Shown: in pieces, positions 18,749 through 28,031 of the stretch
Layout of the letters: every line of letters starts with the position of its first letter
Numbering within the stretch: position 1 is the first letter of the stretch
Origin: Candidatus Latescibacterota bacterium
GTDB lineage: Bacteria; Latescibacterota; UBA2968; SICM01
Direction: 5' to 3'
Assembly: GCA_965217865.1 (NCBI GenBank)
Contig: CBDCJO010000002.1
Location: forward strand, 2,048,001 to 2,112,000
Length of the DNA: 64,000 nt
Position numbers and translations under genes: made by a program
Notes under the pieces: model-generated
The model's database searches: none
The model's input: the letters and a program-made list of their open reading frames with translations, nothing else
What the model was told of the DNA's origin: nothing

Positions 18749-19873
18749 TTATTGGGCCGTCGGAGTCTCTTCCAGAGGCAGAGAGCCATCGCCGGCAAGG
18801 GTTCCGGTTCGTAGGGGCTCCGGAGTCATCGTCCAGTCCCTTCGCGCAACCCGATACCCCCTGACGTGCCGGGCGGGAGGCGTGTCATCTATGATGTGCT
18901 GCACAACATAGATATCACCGCAATGAAGCTGTGTCCATCCGGAATAGCCCCAGTGACGGATCGATCCTCGGTCCACATCGAGCATCAGGTGTTCTCCGAA
19001 TACCCGTCCCTCCAGAGGCGTCTTTGCAGCCGCCTGCTCCTGGCTCTCGACGTACATACAGAACATCCCGCTGTAGTCGCAACGATAGGTCACAACCACC
19101 TCTCCGCTCCTAAGCAAGCCTGCCGCGGGTCGGCCCAGGCAGGACAACAGCCCCGTGCGGTAGGGACCCTGCCACGTTCGTCCCCCGTCCTCGCTGGTTG
19201 TCTTCAGGCTGTTGGGGGGATTTTTTTCTTCCCTTAGATAACAGGCGATAATCCCGTTGTCCAGTTCGACGAAGTCTCCCTCGGAGAAATCATGATCCTT
19301 CTTCTCCGCGACCGTGAGCGGGCCGTCCCACGTGAAGCCCAGATCACCCGATCGGTGCACCACCATCTTTTCCTCGCCCATTTCGTTCCACGTGCTGGTC
19401 CCGCAGAGCAGCATCCCGTCCCGAAGCTGCCTCAGGCTGGGTACCAGACCGTAGACCGGCGTCTTCTCGGGTCCCTCCCAGGTCATCCCGTTGTCTCGGC
19501 TGCGCCATAACCAGATGCGCGTCGCCTCGGCGGACTCTGCATGGCTTAGACCCATCTTCCCGGGAGACCAGTCCGCGATCAGAAGAAGTGTGCCGTCCAG
19601 GAGGCGGCACAGGCGTGGACAGTTGACAGCGCCCTTCTCCGCGGTAAGCTCGCAGACGGGCTCCACACCCCCCCATGTGGCCCCCTCGTCGAAGCTCCGG
19701 ACGACAGAGACCCGGGAGCCCGGTTTTCCCGGCAGATGTTGGATGACCGGGTCCCGTCGAGGATAGGTGTCGCTCTCCCGGAAGGCGCAGATCAGAGTGC
19801 CTTCCTTCGCCGCCACGATATCCGGCATGGACCGGCTCAGCCGGTCGTCCCGGCTGACGATAGACTTGATCAT
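18749..19873 (-). CDS. BNR/Asp-box sialidase-fold protein (divergent type)
   Basis: Asp boxes SFDEGATW, SRDNGMTW, SGDLGFTW and SEDGGRTW, plus NCPRL and C-terminal HWGYSGW. Confidence 0.8.
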   Translation of the reverse strand: MIKSIVSRDDRLSRSMPDIVAAKEGTLICAFRESDTYPRRDPVIQHLPGKPGSRVSVVRSFDEGATWGGVEPVCELTAEKGAVNCPRLCRLLDGTLLLIADWSPGKMGLSHAESAEATRIWLWRSRDNGMTWEGPEKTPVYGLVPSLRQLRDGMLLCGTSTWNEMGEEKMVVHRSGDLGFTWDGPLTVAEKKDHDFSEGDFVELDNGIIACYLREEKNPPNSLKTTSEDGGRTWQGPYRTGLLSCLGRPAAGLLRSGEVVVTYRCDYSGMFCMYVESQEQAAAKTPLEGRVFGEHLMLDVDRGSIRHWGYSGWTQLHCGDIYVVQHIIDDTPPARHVRGYRVARRDWTMTPEPLRTGTLAGDGSLPLEETPTAQ

Positions 19874-19920
19874 CCTGGATCCTTCCTGCCCTGGCTTCTC
19901 AAGCGATAATAAGATGAATC

Positions 19921-21978
19921 TTACGGTTCAAAAACCACTGCAGTGTGGATCTCGACTTCAGGGATCTCTATCTTGACCTGGCCACTCTCGTGACGCCATT
20001 CCGGCGTCGCCCCACCCGGTTCCAGGGTGACCTTTTCAGGTTTTTTCTCCATCCGTATCGTCAAAACCACATCCCGCACAGGTAGCGTCTCTTCGATGCA
20101 CAGATCGTTCCCGTCGGCCGGACGGTTGCCGTGGTGGTTCACCAGGTGAACAATCGTGCGGCTTCCAGATGCCGTGGCCTGTTTGGACAGCGCCACCTCC
20201 AGCCAAGCCGGGGACTCCAGACGGATCGGGAAATCCGGGGACAGTTTCCGAATCAAGGACGATACCACACGCTTTAGCGGCCAGACGTTCTTGGCATGAT
20301 AGGCATGAAAAATATCGAACGGGATGTAGGAAACCGCCCCCTTCCCCACCCGTCGGAACGTGATCCCCGGATGTCCAGTCGATTCACCCGGTGGGGACCA
20401 GGAAAGCAGGGGCTTGCCGTCCCCCCGAAGATACGCCCGCCACAACTCGGCCAGAGTTTCCACGTCATTCGCCTGGGAACGCACCAGAAGACCCGTCCCG
20501 TCGATCAGATAGGGCATCGGCAGACGCTCCTCAACCAGATCGGGATCCGTCACGTTCAGATAGCAGTGCGGTTGAACCTCCTGTCCGGTCAGCGACACAC
20601 CCGTCAATTCGCTCAAGGCGAAGTCCCCGGTCGGCTCATAATCCGCACCAAGCGTCCCTGTCCGTCCGGTCACCAGCAGCCCGCCGCCATCCTTCACGTA
20701 GCCCCGAATCGCATCGACCAGCTCATCGCTCAACCGCCGCTGATCCGAGAGCACGATCACTGGATACCGCTCCGCTGACGACCTTTCGTGGGTGTGGGAC
20801 AACAGCCAGGCTTCGTCCACGAAATGATGCGGAAGCCCCGTCTCCATCAAAAGCTTATGCGCCCCCCGCTGGCTCACCGAGTCCACCCGCAGCATCGCCC
20901 CCCTGTTGAAATGGGCGTCCTCCGTATGCAGCACCGCGACGCACGCGCGGGGTTCCGCATCCACCAGAAGGGATTCCCGCTCCTTCACAAACCCGAGCGT
21001 CTTGCCCATTTCGGCCATGACTGCCGGTGCCACCTCGAACGTGTGCGTCATCTGGTACCCGATCCACGTGAGACCCCCGTTCGCGATCGCCGTCGCCACC
21101 TCGTGCTTCATGGCCGTTGCGGGTTTGCACCCCCAGTCCCCCCACCAACCCTTAAGATGCGCAGAGTTCATCACATCGAACGGTCTCGCCTTGGTGGCCC
21201 AGCCCCGGGCGTCATACGACCCATTGAACATCTGGTCATCAGGCAAGATATCCGCCCCCAGCGCGCCCACGTGCCGGGGAACGCGCTCAGGTATCCGCAT
21301 CGTATAGGACCAGTTGTAGGAGACGATCATCTCAGGCCGATGGCGATGGATCCTGTCGCTGATCATCTCCCGGATGCCCCGGATGTCCTCCAAGCGCCAC
21401 TTCACGAACCGGGCCCATTGAGGGTCGTTCTCTTCCGCCGGCGGCTCTCCCCCTACCTCCTTTGAAAAACGATCACGACAGCTCTGACAGCGGCATTCCG
21501 GATTCGCTTTGAGCCCGTCGAAGAACAGGGCATCCAACGGGTAGTTCGTTACGATCTCTTCGACGTGCGGAAGGAAGTAGGCTTCCAGAAACGGGCCCTG
21601 CATGCAGATCTCGTTGCCGACCAGCTTTCCTTTCCCATCCCTCTGGCGCCATTCGGGACGTTCCCGGCAGATCGGGTCGCTTCCTAACACGTGGTAATAC
21701 CCGATCGCCTTGATCCCCCGCCGATGCAGGGATTCAATCTGATCTCCCACCAGGTCCACCCCCTCCGGCAGATGGGGGTGGACATACCGCAACTTGCCCC
21801 GTCTGTAATAAGACCAACCGAAGTGGCATGTGCAGAAAACTAAAATCGCCTGGGCATGGGCTGACGCCACCTGGTCCGCCCAGCGCTCTGCGTCGAACGC
21901 GGAGGCAAGACCCACAGCCGTCTCCTGGCTGTGAAAGTCAAAATAAAGTTTTCGATACGCCGTGTCGTACCAGGTCAT
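19921..21978 (-). CDS. GHL6-like glycoside hydrolase with trimerisation domain, copy 2
   Basis: True start MTWYDT at 21978 by comparison with 12506-14560, to which it is near-identical over long stretches. Confidence 0.8.
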   Translation of the reverse strand: MTWYDTAYRKLYFDFHSQETAVGLASAFDAERWADQVASAHAQAILVFCTCHFGWSYYRRGKLRYVHPHLPEGVDLVGDQIESLHRRGIKAIGYYHVLGSDPICRERPEWRQRDGKGKLVGNEICMQGPFLEAYFLPHVEEIVTNYPLDALFFDGLKANPECRCQSCRDRFSKEVGGEPPAEENDPQWARFVKWRLEDIRGIREMISDRIHRHRPEMIVSYNWSYTMRIPERVPRHVGALGADILPDDQMFNGSYDARGWATKARPFDVMNSAHLKGWWGDWGCKPATAMKHEVATAIANGGLTWIGYQMTHTFEVAPAVMAEMGKTLGFVKERESLLVDAEPRACVAVLHTEDAHFNRGAMLRVDSVSQRGAHKLLMETGLPHHFVDEAWLLSHTHERSSAERYPVIVLSDQRRLSDELVDAIRGYVKDGGGLLVTGRTGTLGADYEPTGDFALSELTGVSLTGQEVQPHCYLNVTDPDLVEERLPMPYLIDGTGLLVRSQANDVETLAELWRAYLRGDGKPLLSWSPPGESTGHPGITFRRVGKGAVSYIPFDIFHAYHAKNVWPLKRVVSSLIRKLSPDFPIRLESPAWLEVALSKQATASGSRTIVHLVNHHGNRPADGNDLCIEETLPVRDVVLTIRMEKKPEKVTLEPGGATPEWRHESGQVKIEIPEVEIHTAVVFEP

Positions 21979-21982
21979 GTTG

Positions 21983-23293
21983 TCAGCCCTCGTAGAGCCA
22001 GGCCAGCGGCACCCCCTTGACCTTGCCGAACCAGTCGCGGATCCCGGTGATAGGGGCGTCTTCCGGCCATTCAGAGATGGGCACCATCTCGTTTGCGCCG
22101 TACCCGAACAGGACCATATCCTCCGCGAAGGCGATACTCGGATAGGCGAAGACGCCGAAGTCAACCGGGATATCCCCGACGTCATCCAGCGAATGGTACG
22201 TGCGGATCGGCGGGGGTTCGATCTTTCCCACCGGGGACAATCCGCCGCCCATCTCAAGGGTCTTGAAGTTTTCCCACGTCTCTCCGTGATCCCTGGAGAT
22301 GGCCACACACAGCCGGCACCTTTTGAGGCAGCGAAGAATCTCATCGGCCGACATCTGGTTCCAGATCATCACCAGGTCCGCTGATGACGGGATCCGCCGG
22401 ACCATACAGGGTGAATCGGAGGAGGCCAGCTCCGTCGGTTCGGGTACGGACCAGTGCTCCCCCCCATCCGTTGAAACGCAGCGATAGATCCTCCCCAGTA
22501 CCGTCCGACCGAACATCAGAACCCGGTCGTCCGCGGTCTCGACAGTAACCGGCTCGTCGAACGGGCTGTGACCCCCGAAGTTTTCTTCCGAGGGCAGGGG
22601 CCAGACCCACAGGTCGTTCGGACCCGAGCCCCACGTCTCGCCCAGATCGTCCGAATAAAAAACCACCGACCCCCCGAACTCCGGATGGTGGTGGTGGCCC
22701 TCCACGAGCATGCGGCGCCCCTGGTAATTTCCGTAACCCCCCTTTGCGAGGTGCCCTCTCCCCTCACCGGTATACTCCGGATGATAAGGGTCAGTGACCC
22801 ACCAGATCACCGGTGCGAGAAGCCTTCCGCTCTCCAGCTGGATGAGGCTGTTGTTCGAGGCCAGAAAAGCCTCTCCGGGCCGGCCCAGTTGGAGTGGTCC
22901 ATCCCAGGAATGACCCTCGTCCTCGGAATTTAAAAAAGACGTATAACGGGTACCGTTTCCGGCATTGTGGCGGTATTTGTCGGCGTCGTTCTGCCGCCGG
23001 TCCACGTAAAGCGCCCCCAGAGTTCCGGAGGCGAATCTCCCGACGGCAGTAATCGAGCCCTTAGTCGGCGCGAGCCACCCCACGTCCCCCGCGGGCACCT
23101 CCTCGTTGTCGGTCAACGCCTCCCCCCCCGCCTGCCGGATCTCGCACGGTTCGCCCCATGTCCGGCCGCCATCCTCGCTGTAGAAACCCTGGCACTTCCC
23201 CGTATCGAGCGCAAAAAGTCGGAGTCCGCCCAGCTCGACCAGCAGGGGCCAGCTGTATCCGACCTTTACCTCAAAACCGCCTTCCACTTCCAT
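21983..23293 (-). CDS. BNR/Asp-box sialidase-fold protein (His-insert subfamily, copy 2)
   Basis: Asp boxes SEDGGRTW, SEDEGHSW, SDDLGETW, STDGGEHW and SRDHGETW; VEGHHHHPEF; FAYP. GGAGG RBS before the ATG at 23293. Confidence 0.85.
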   Translation of the reverse strand: MEVEGGFEVKVGYSWPLLVELGGLRLFALDTGKCQGFYSEDGGRTWGEPCEIRQAGGEALTDNEEVPAGDVGWLAPTKGSITAVGRFASGTLGALYVDRRQNDADKYRHNAGNGTRYTSFLNSEDEGHSWDGPLQLGRPGEAFLASNNSLIQLESGRLLAPVIWWVTDPYHPEYTGEGRGHLAKGGYGNYQGRRMLVEGHHHHPEFGGSVVFYSDDLGETWGSGPNDLWVWPLPSEENFGGHSPFDEPVTVETADDRVLMFGRTVLGRIYRCVSTDGGEHWSVPEPTELASSDSPCMVRRIPSSADLVMIWNQMSADEILRCLKRCRLCVAISRDHGETWENFKTLEMGGGLSPVGKIEPPPIRTYHSLDDVGDIPVDFGVFAYPSIAFAEDMVLFGYGANEMVPISEWPEDAPITGIRDWFGKVKGVPLAWLYEG

Positions 23294-23373
23294 TTTGGCC
23301 TCCCCCAGAAGGTAAGGCATCGGTCTGTCGTTCCATCACCGCTCGTGGGTGAATCCGGGAAAGCCGGGCGACA

Positions 23374-25027
23374 TCAGTTGTAATATCGCGTCAGGAGCTC
23401 CTGCACCTCCGGATCCAGCGTCTTGGGCCTGAAATCTCCGACCCCCAGGACGCGGAAGCCAAGTGGTGGCAGGTCCAAGTCGATCGTTGTACCATCCCGG
23501 GTTTCATGGTGGTCCGGGGCAGTTCGTGTAGACCGCGTCGAAGGAATCTCCGTATCGGGCTTGCGTCAGATCGCGTTTTTCGTGCCGCCTGAGATCGTCT
23601 GTCCATCCCTTCGCCGGGGCATATGTCATTGGCTGCCAGCTCGGATCGCGCTTGTTCGGAACCGTCTCCCCTTCAAAATGCCGTGAATGTCCCGGAAAAA
23701 TGACCTCGAAGATATTATCCAGCATGTGATCCCCCGGGGTGAACGGGAACTCCCCCCACGTCTTGAACTCCCCCCTCCGATAGTCCCCAAAGAATCCCGA
23801 ACCCCAGCCGTGGTTCTGGTCCATCACCAATCCTATTGGAATGACCAGTCTCCCTCGATCGCGGTGCCGCCAGAGGGCGAAATCCCCGAACAGCTTCGCA
23901 CGGTCTCCCGCGGGAGTCCTCCTTAGCGGAGATGCCTTGGGATCCGTGTAAACCGCAGTCGATGTATACGTCCGGTGATGCCAGTCGGACCCCGGCATCG
24001 CCAGTGCAAGCCGCTCGAAGTTGTCCTTCGGCTCGTTCACAAGCAGGTCTTCGTCTCTCCACCAGCTCCCGAACCCGTACTCCGGCACGAGCATATTCGT
24101 CCCGGATAGATACGACACGAGCCACGTGCGATGCAAGAGATCGGCGGAATGGCCGCTCCAGACTTCCTCCAGGTCGCTGTCAAAGAAACAGCCCCCTCCC
24201 AGCGACATGTAGATTCCCCATTGGCGACCGTACTGTCGGGCAGCGCCTCGAAGGCACGCGATCCCGATCTGGGTCGACCCCAGGCCGCAGCCCCGTTCCA
24301 TCAGAACCATCGGCGCACCCCAGGCATAGCGCAGTTGCGGGTCCGTGAGCCTCGCCGTGAACTCCGACCATTGGATCTCATCAGGATCCAGCCCGCGCTC
24401 CTTCACGTATTCATCAAAAGCAGGCACCGTCAGTCGCAAGGGATCGCCTTCGAATTCCACCTGGTTTCCCACCATTCGGACAAAACGGAAAAAATCGCGC
24501 TTGCGCATCGCCTCGTCGAACCAGCGCCGGGCGTCCCCTTTGGTCTGCCATCCATCGGCGTATCCCGGCCAGCCCATCCTTCGGGTGTGATGCAGATCGC
24601 CCCCATACTCCCCGTGCGTGACCCACCAGACTGTCCGGGGAGGCATTTCGCGCATGGTCTTTAAATACTCGTCCACCTTCCAGTCAACGAATTCGCGGAT
24701 GGGCATTCCGATCTCGAACGCCCGGCGAGACACACGAACCATCTTCTCCGGCGGCGTATCTTCGGGATAGATGTGGTTCTCGGTGCACAGGTTGCACACG
24801 CTTCCCACGCCGTACTTCTTCAGCATCGACGTGGGAAGGGCCCAATATGGAGGGTACCAGCCCAGCTCCCAGTAAAAGGCGTTGAAGCTCCGCTCGGCGC
24901 ATGCCCGGTCCGGCAGGTAGGTCGAACCCTGTCCCCGAACGGGACATGGCCAGAAATAGGGGGCGAAAAGAAACATGTCGCCGCCTACTTCTATCGTGGA
25001 AAGGGGGCTGGGGCTTTCGCCTGACAT
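23374..25027 (-). pseudogene. GH-like protein related to family A, with internal deletion and out-of-frame C-terminal tail
   Basis: 507-aa ORF shares CLRGAARQY, IGLVMDQNHGW and RYGDSFDAV with family A but stops at NCPGPP*. Another frame immediately gives DHHETRDGTTIDLDLPPLGFRVLGVGDFRPKTLDPEVQELLTRYYN* ending at 23374. Confidence 0.6.
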
Positions 25028-25167
25028 GCTAATCTCCCTTGGTCAAAACCCGATCCTGGTTATCCGCCCCTCAGTTTCTCTATCTGCCACTTGGCCGCGA
25101 TGGTAAGACATCACGTCGACGAGTGCGACGTACCGCACCGAAAGGGTGTGTCCTGAACACGGACTCC

Positions 25168-26604
25168 TCACTCCTCCGCAAACGGGTCGCTGGTTTCCTG
25201 GTAAGCACGGAGCCGCTGCCAGAACAAGCTCACGCGCTTCATCCTCTCTTCCTCAAAGCTGCTCAGTATGTTGATCCGGGGGGCGGGGTGCAACATCGAG
25301 ATCGACCACATGGAGAGGAGCCTCGGCTGGTACTTCTTGACAAAGCCCCATCGGGCGATCTCCTCCTGGGGGTCCAGCGCATTGTTCATCTGCGGGCGAG
25401 GGTCGACCTTGGACCAATCAGCGTGCGTATAGCACCATTTCTCCGAGCTGTCTCCGTGCAGCAGCACGCCGTGGTTCTGCCGTGCTCTGTCGTCGATCAG
25501 CATCAGGAAAAGGTCGTGCCTCTTCTCCAATTGGGCATCCTTCACTTTTCCTCGGAACTCGTGGGTGATGTAGGTAATCTCGGGCGCCCTCCCCAGCGCC
25601 TCCACATCGATGGCGCCCTGGTAGCCCCAAAACGCGCCTGTGTTCAGCTCCGGGTCGGTCACCTTCTCGTAGGAGAGCAGCCACGGGCTGCTCCCGAAGT
25701 ACTCGACGCCGTGCCAGGTTGGATTGTGCCGGTTGGCTTCGTGCAGGAGTCTGGCGAACGGGCGCAGATAGATGTTCAGGTACATCTCGCACCGGAACTG
25801 CTCCCAGTGGGCCCACACGCCGGTGTTGCGCGGCCGGTTCACGACAGGTTCATCGGTCACGATCTGCGGAAGCGCCTGAAGACCCGGATAGTACGCGGTT
25901 CTGCCTTTGCCGTTCGCCACCATGCCGGGCTCGTGGACGGGGAACTTGTCCACGAGCTTATCCTCGTGCGTGACTTCGTGTTTCCGGCAGTACTCACGCC
26001 ACTTCTCCAGGGAGTAGTCGCTGTACGAGGGACGCTGCCAGTATGGGATCAGGCCCTTTTCCACAACCCGTCCGTAAAGCGAATGGCTGTGGCACTCCTC
26101 CGGCCAGCGGAAGCCCTGGAAGCCCCCCTCCATATGATCCAGGAAGTCCTCCTTGAATATGCCGAACACCCACTCCACGGCTTCGGGATTGAACCAGTCC
26201 GGCTCCGGACGCATGCTCCAGTTCTTAAGCGGGGTCTGGATGAACCCATCCTTGCTAAGCTGCTTGCCCGCAAGCTTCATCGGCACCTGAGGGAAAACGT
26301 TGAACGTCTTGAACAGTCGCGGAGTCACCCATACATCCACGCCGGCGTCCTGCATCATTTTGGCGAGATCCATCACCGGGTCGACATCCGCCTTCTGAAA
26401 GACCATTGGGATGAATTCGATGCCGTCCAGCTTGCGCTTCTTCCACTCGTCGATCTGGACCTTGGCCGCTTCCCGGGTGTTCAGGTACCATCCGTTATGG
26501 TCCATCTCAACAATGAACTGCCCTTCTGGGCCGGCGACGGCATAATCCTGAGGCAGAAAGTACCCGCGTTTCACCGATGAGACCTGATGCAGTCGAGCCT
26601 TCAT
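25168..26604 (-). CDS. Hypothetical protein, possible GH-like TIM barrel
   Basis: 478 aa with AGGAG RBS, co-oriented in the cluster. PDWFNPEAVEW, FQGFRWPEE and YSDYSLEKW resemble GH42/GH-A-type segments (weak). Confidence 0.5.
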   Translation of the reverse strand: MKARLHQVSSVKRGYFLPQDYAVAGPEGQFIVEMDHNGWYLNTREAAKVQIDEWKKRKLDGIEFIPMVFQKADVDPVMDLAKMMQDAGVDVWVTPRLFKTFNVFPQVPMKLAGKQLSKDGFIQTPLKNWSMRPEPDWFNPEAVEWVFGIFKEDFLDHMEGGFQGFRWPEECHSHSLYGRVVEKGLIPYWQRPSYSDYSLEKWREYCRKHEVTHEDKLVDKFPVHEPGMVANGKGRTAYYPGLQALPQIVTDEPVVNRPRNTGVWAHWEQFRCEMYLNIYLRPFARLLHEANRHNPTWHGVEYFGSSPWLLSYEKVTDPELNTGAFWGYQGAIDVEALGRAPEITYITHEFRGKVKDAQLEKRHDLFLMLIDDRARQNHGVLLHGDSSEKWCYTHADWSKVDPRPQMNNALDPQEEIARWGFVKKYQPRLLSMWSISMLHPAPRINILSSFEEERMKRVSLFWQRLRAYQETSDPFAEE

Positions 26605-26714
26605 GTCAAATTTCTCCTAAAGATCAGGAAGCCGGAAATGCTTGACCTTGCCGTGACAATCACGTTCAACTCGTATCGCCGGCCAGTCTGCCTTCCCCTC
26701 TGCCGTCTCACGTC

Positions 26715-28001
26715 TCACGTTTCGTCATACAGCCACGATACCGGAAAGGCGTTCACCTTCGAGTATACGTCCCGTTCCCCCTGGATCCGCGTCTGGTCAT
26801 TCCACTCGGACACCGGCTTCATTATCTGTACGCTGTAGGAAAACAGGACCATCTCCTCCACAAAAACGATCTCGGGATAGTCGAAGCAGCCGAAGTCGAT
26901 CGGGACCTCCCCCACATCCTCCAGGGAATGATAATGACGGATCGGGGGAGGCTCGATACGGCCTGCCGAAGGAAGCCCGCTGGAATCGATCGTCTTGAAG
27001 TTCGTCCACGTATCACCCTCGTCTCTGGAGATCGCGACACATATCCGGGACCGTTTGAGGCCGCGCAGAATCTCCTCTCCGCTGATCTGATTCCAGATCA
27101 TGACAAGGTCGCCCTTCGAAGGGACACGCCGGATAAAACACGGGGAGTCGGAAGAGGCGATCTGCGTCGGTCGGGGGATCGACCAGTTGACCCCCCCGTC
27201 TTCCGAAAGGACTTCATAGAACCGCCCCATCAAAGTACGGCAGACCATCCGCAACCGCCCGTCCTTGAGCTCAACCATAACCGGCTCGTAAAGGGCCGAG
27301 TGTCCGCCCATCATCCCCTCCATCGGGAGCGGCCAGATCCAGAGGTTGTTGGGGCTCGATTTCCACGTCCGTCCGAGGTCGTCTGAGTAGTACACGATCA
27401 CCGCGCCGAATTCGGGGGTGTGGCAATGACCCTCGACGAGCACGCGGCGTCCCTGATACGTGCCGTACCCGCCACAGAACGAGTGCCCCGTCCCCTCCCC
27501 CCTGTACTCCGGATGGTTGTAATCGGCGACATACCAGTTGAACGGAACGACAAGGCGTCCCGTGCTCAACTGAATCATGCTGTTGATGTTCTCGATGTGA
27601 TCGATCGGGAAGCTGATGTCCCCGACCCGGCTCCAGGTCTTCCCCTCATCCCGTGAAATCCTAAAATACATCCGGTTCCACTTGTTGTGCGGATACTCGC
27701 CACCGGGATCTGCGGGGACCCGGTGAACCGCGCCGAGCTCACCCGTGGAGAGGCGAATAACCGATGCCAGGTTCCCCGGTAGAGGTGCGGTCGAATCCGG
27801 ATCCGGGGAAACTTCGGCCTCTCCCTCGACAGGAGACTCCCCGCTCTGAAGGACTTCGAACGGATCTCCCCAGGTGCGTCCTCCGTCCTCGCTGACGATT
27901 CCCTGGTTTCCGAAGGCGCTGAACACCCGCGTTCCGCCTAGACTCACCAGGTTTCGAAGGGGAGGTTCACATCGCGTCTCAAAACCGGTTTCCGCATTCA
28001 T
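26715..28001 (-). CDS. BNR/Asp-box sialidase-fold protein (His-insert subfamily, copy 3)
   Basis: Asp boxes SEDGGRTW, SRDEGKTW, SDDLGRTW, SEDGGVNW and SRDEGDTW; VEGHCHTPEF; FDYP. Confidence 0.85.
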   Translation of the reverse strand: MNAETGFETRCEPPLRNLVSLGGTRVFSAFGNQGIVSEDGGRTWGDPFEVLQSGESPVEGEAEVSPDPDSTAPLPGNLASVIRLSTGELGAVHRVPADPGGEYPHNKWNRMYFRISRDEGKTWSRVGDISFPIDHIENINSMIQLSTGRLVVPFNWYVADYNHPEYRGEGTGHSFCGGYGTYQGRRVLVEGHCHTPEFGAVIVYYSDDLGRTWKSSPNNLWIWPLPMEGMMGGHSALYEPVMVELKDGRLRMVCRTLMGRFYEVLSEDGGVNWSIPRPTQIASSDSPCFIRRVPSKGDLVMIWNQISGEEILRGLKRSRICVAISRDEGDTWTNFKTIDSSGLPSAGRIEPPPIRHYHSLEDVGEVPIDFGCFDYPEIVFVEEMVLFSYSVQIMKPVSEWNDQTRIQGERDVYSKVNAFPVSWLYDET

Positions 28002-28031
28002 GGGTTCTCACTCCTTTTGGAACGTACATCC

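Noticed and set aside
21979-22344. 122-aa N-terminal extension of the 807-aa ORF 19921-22344
   Set aside because: It overlaps the sialidase gene in another frame, and the paralog shows the true start is MTWYDT at 21978.
25039-26580. 513-aa plus-strand ORF (and similar long antisense ORFs such as 4496-5704, 16793-17887, 7765-8868)
   Set aside because: Shadow ORFs antisense to well-supported genes in GC-rich DNA, with no recognisable motifs.
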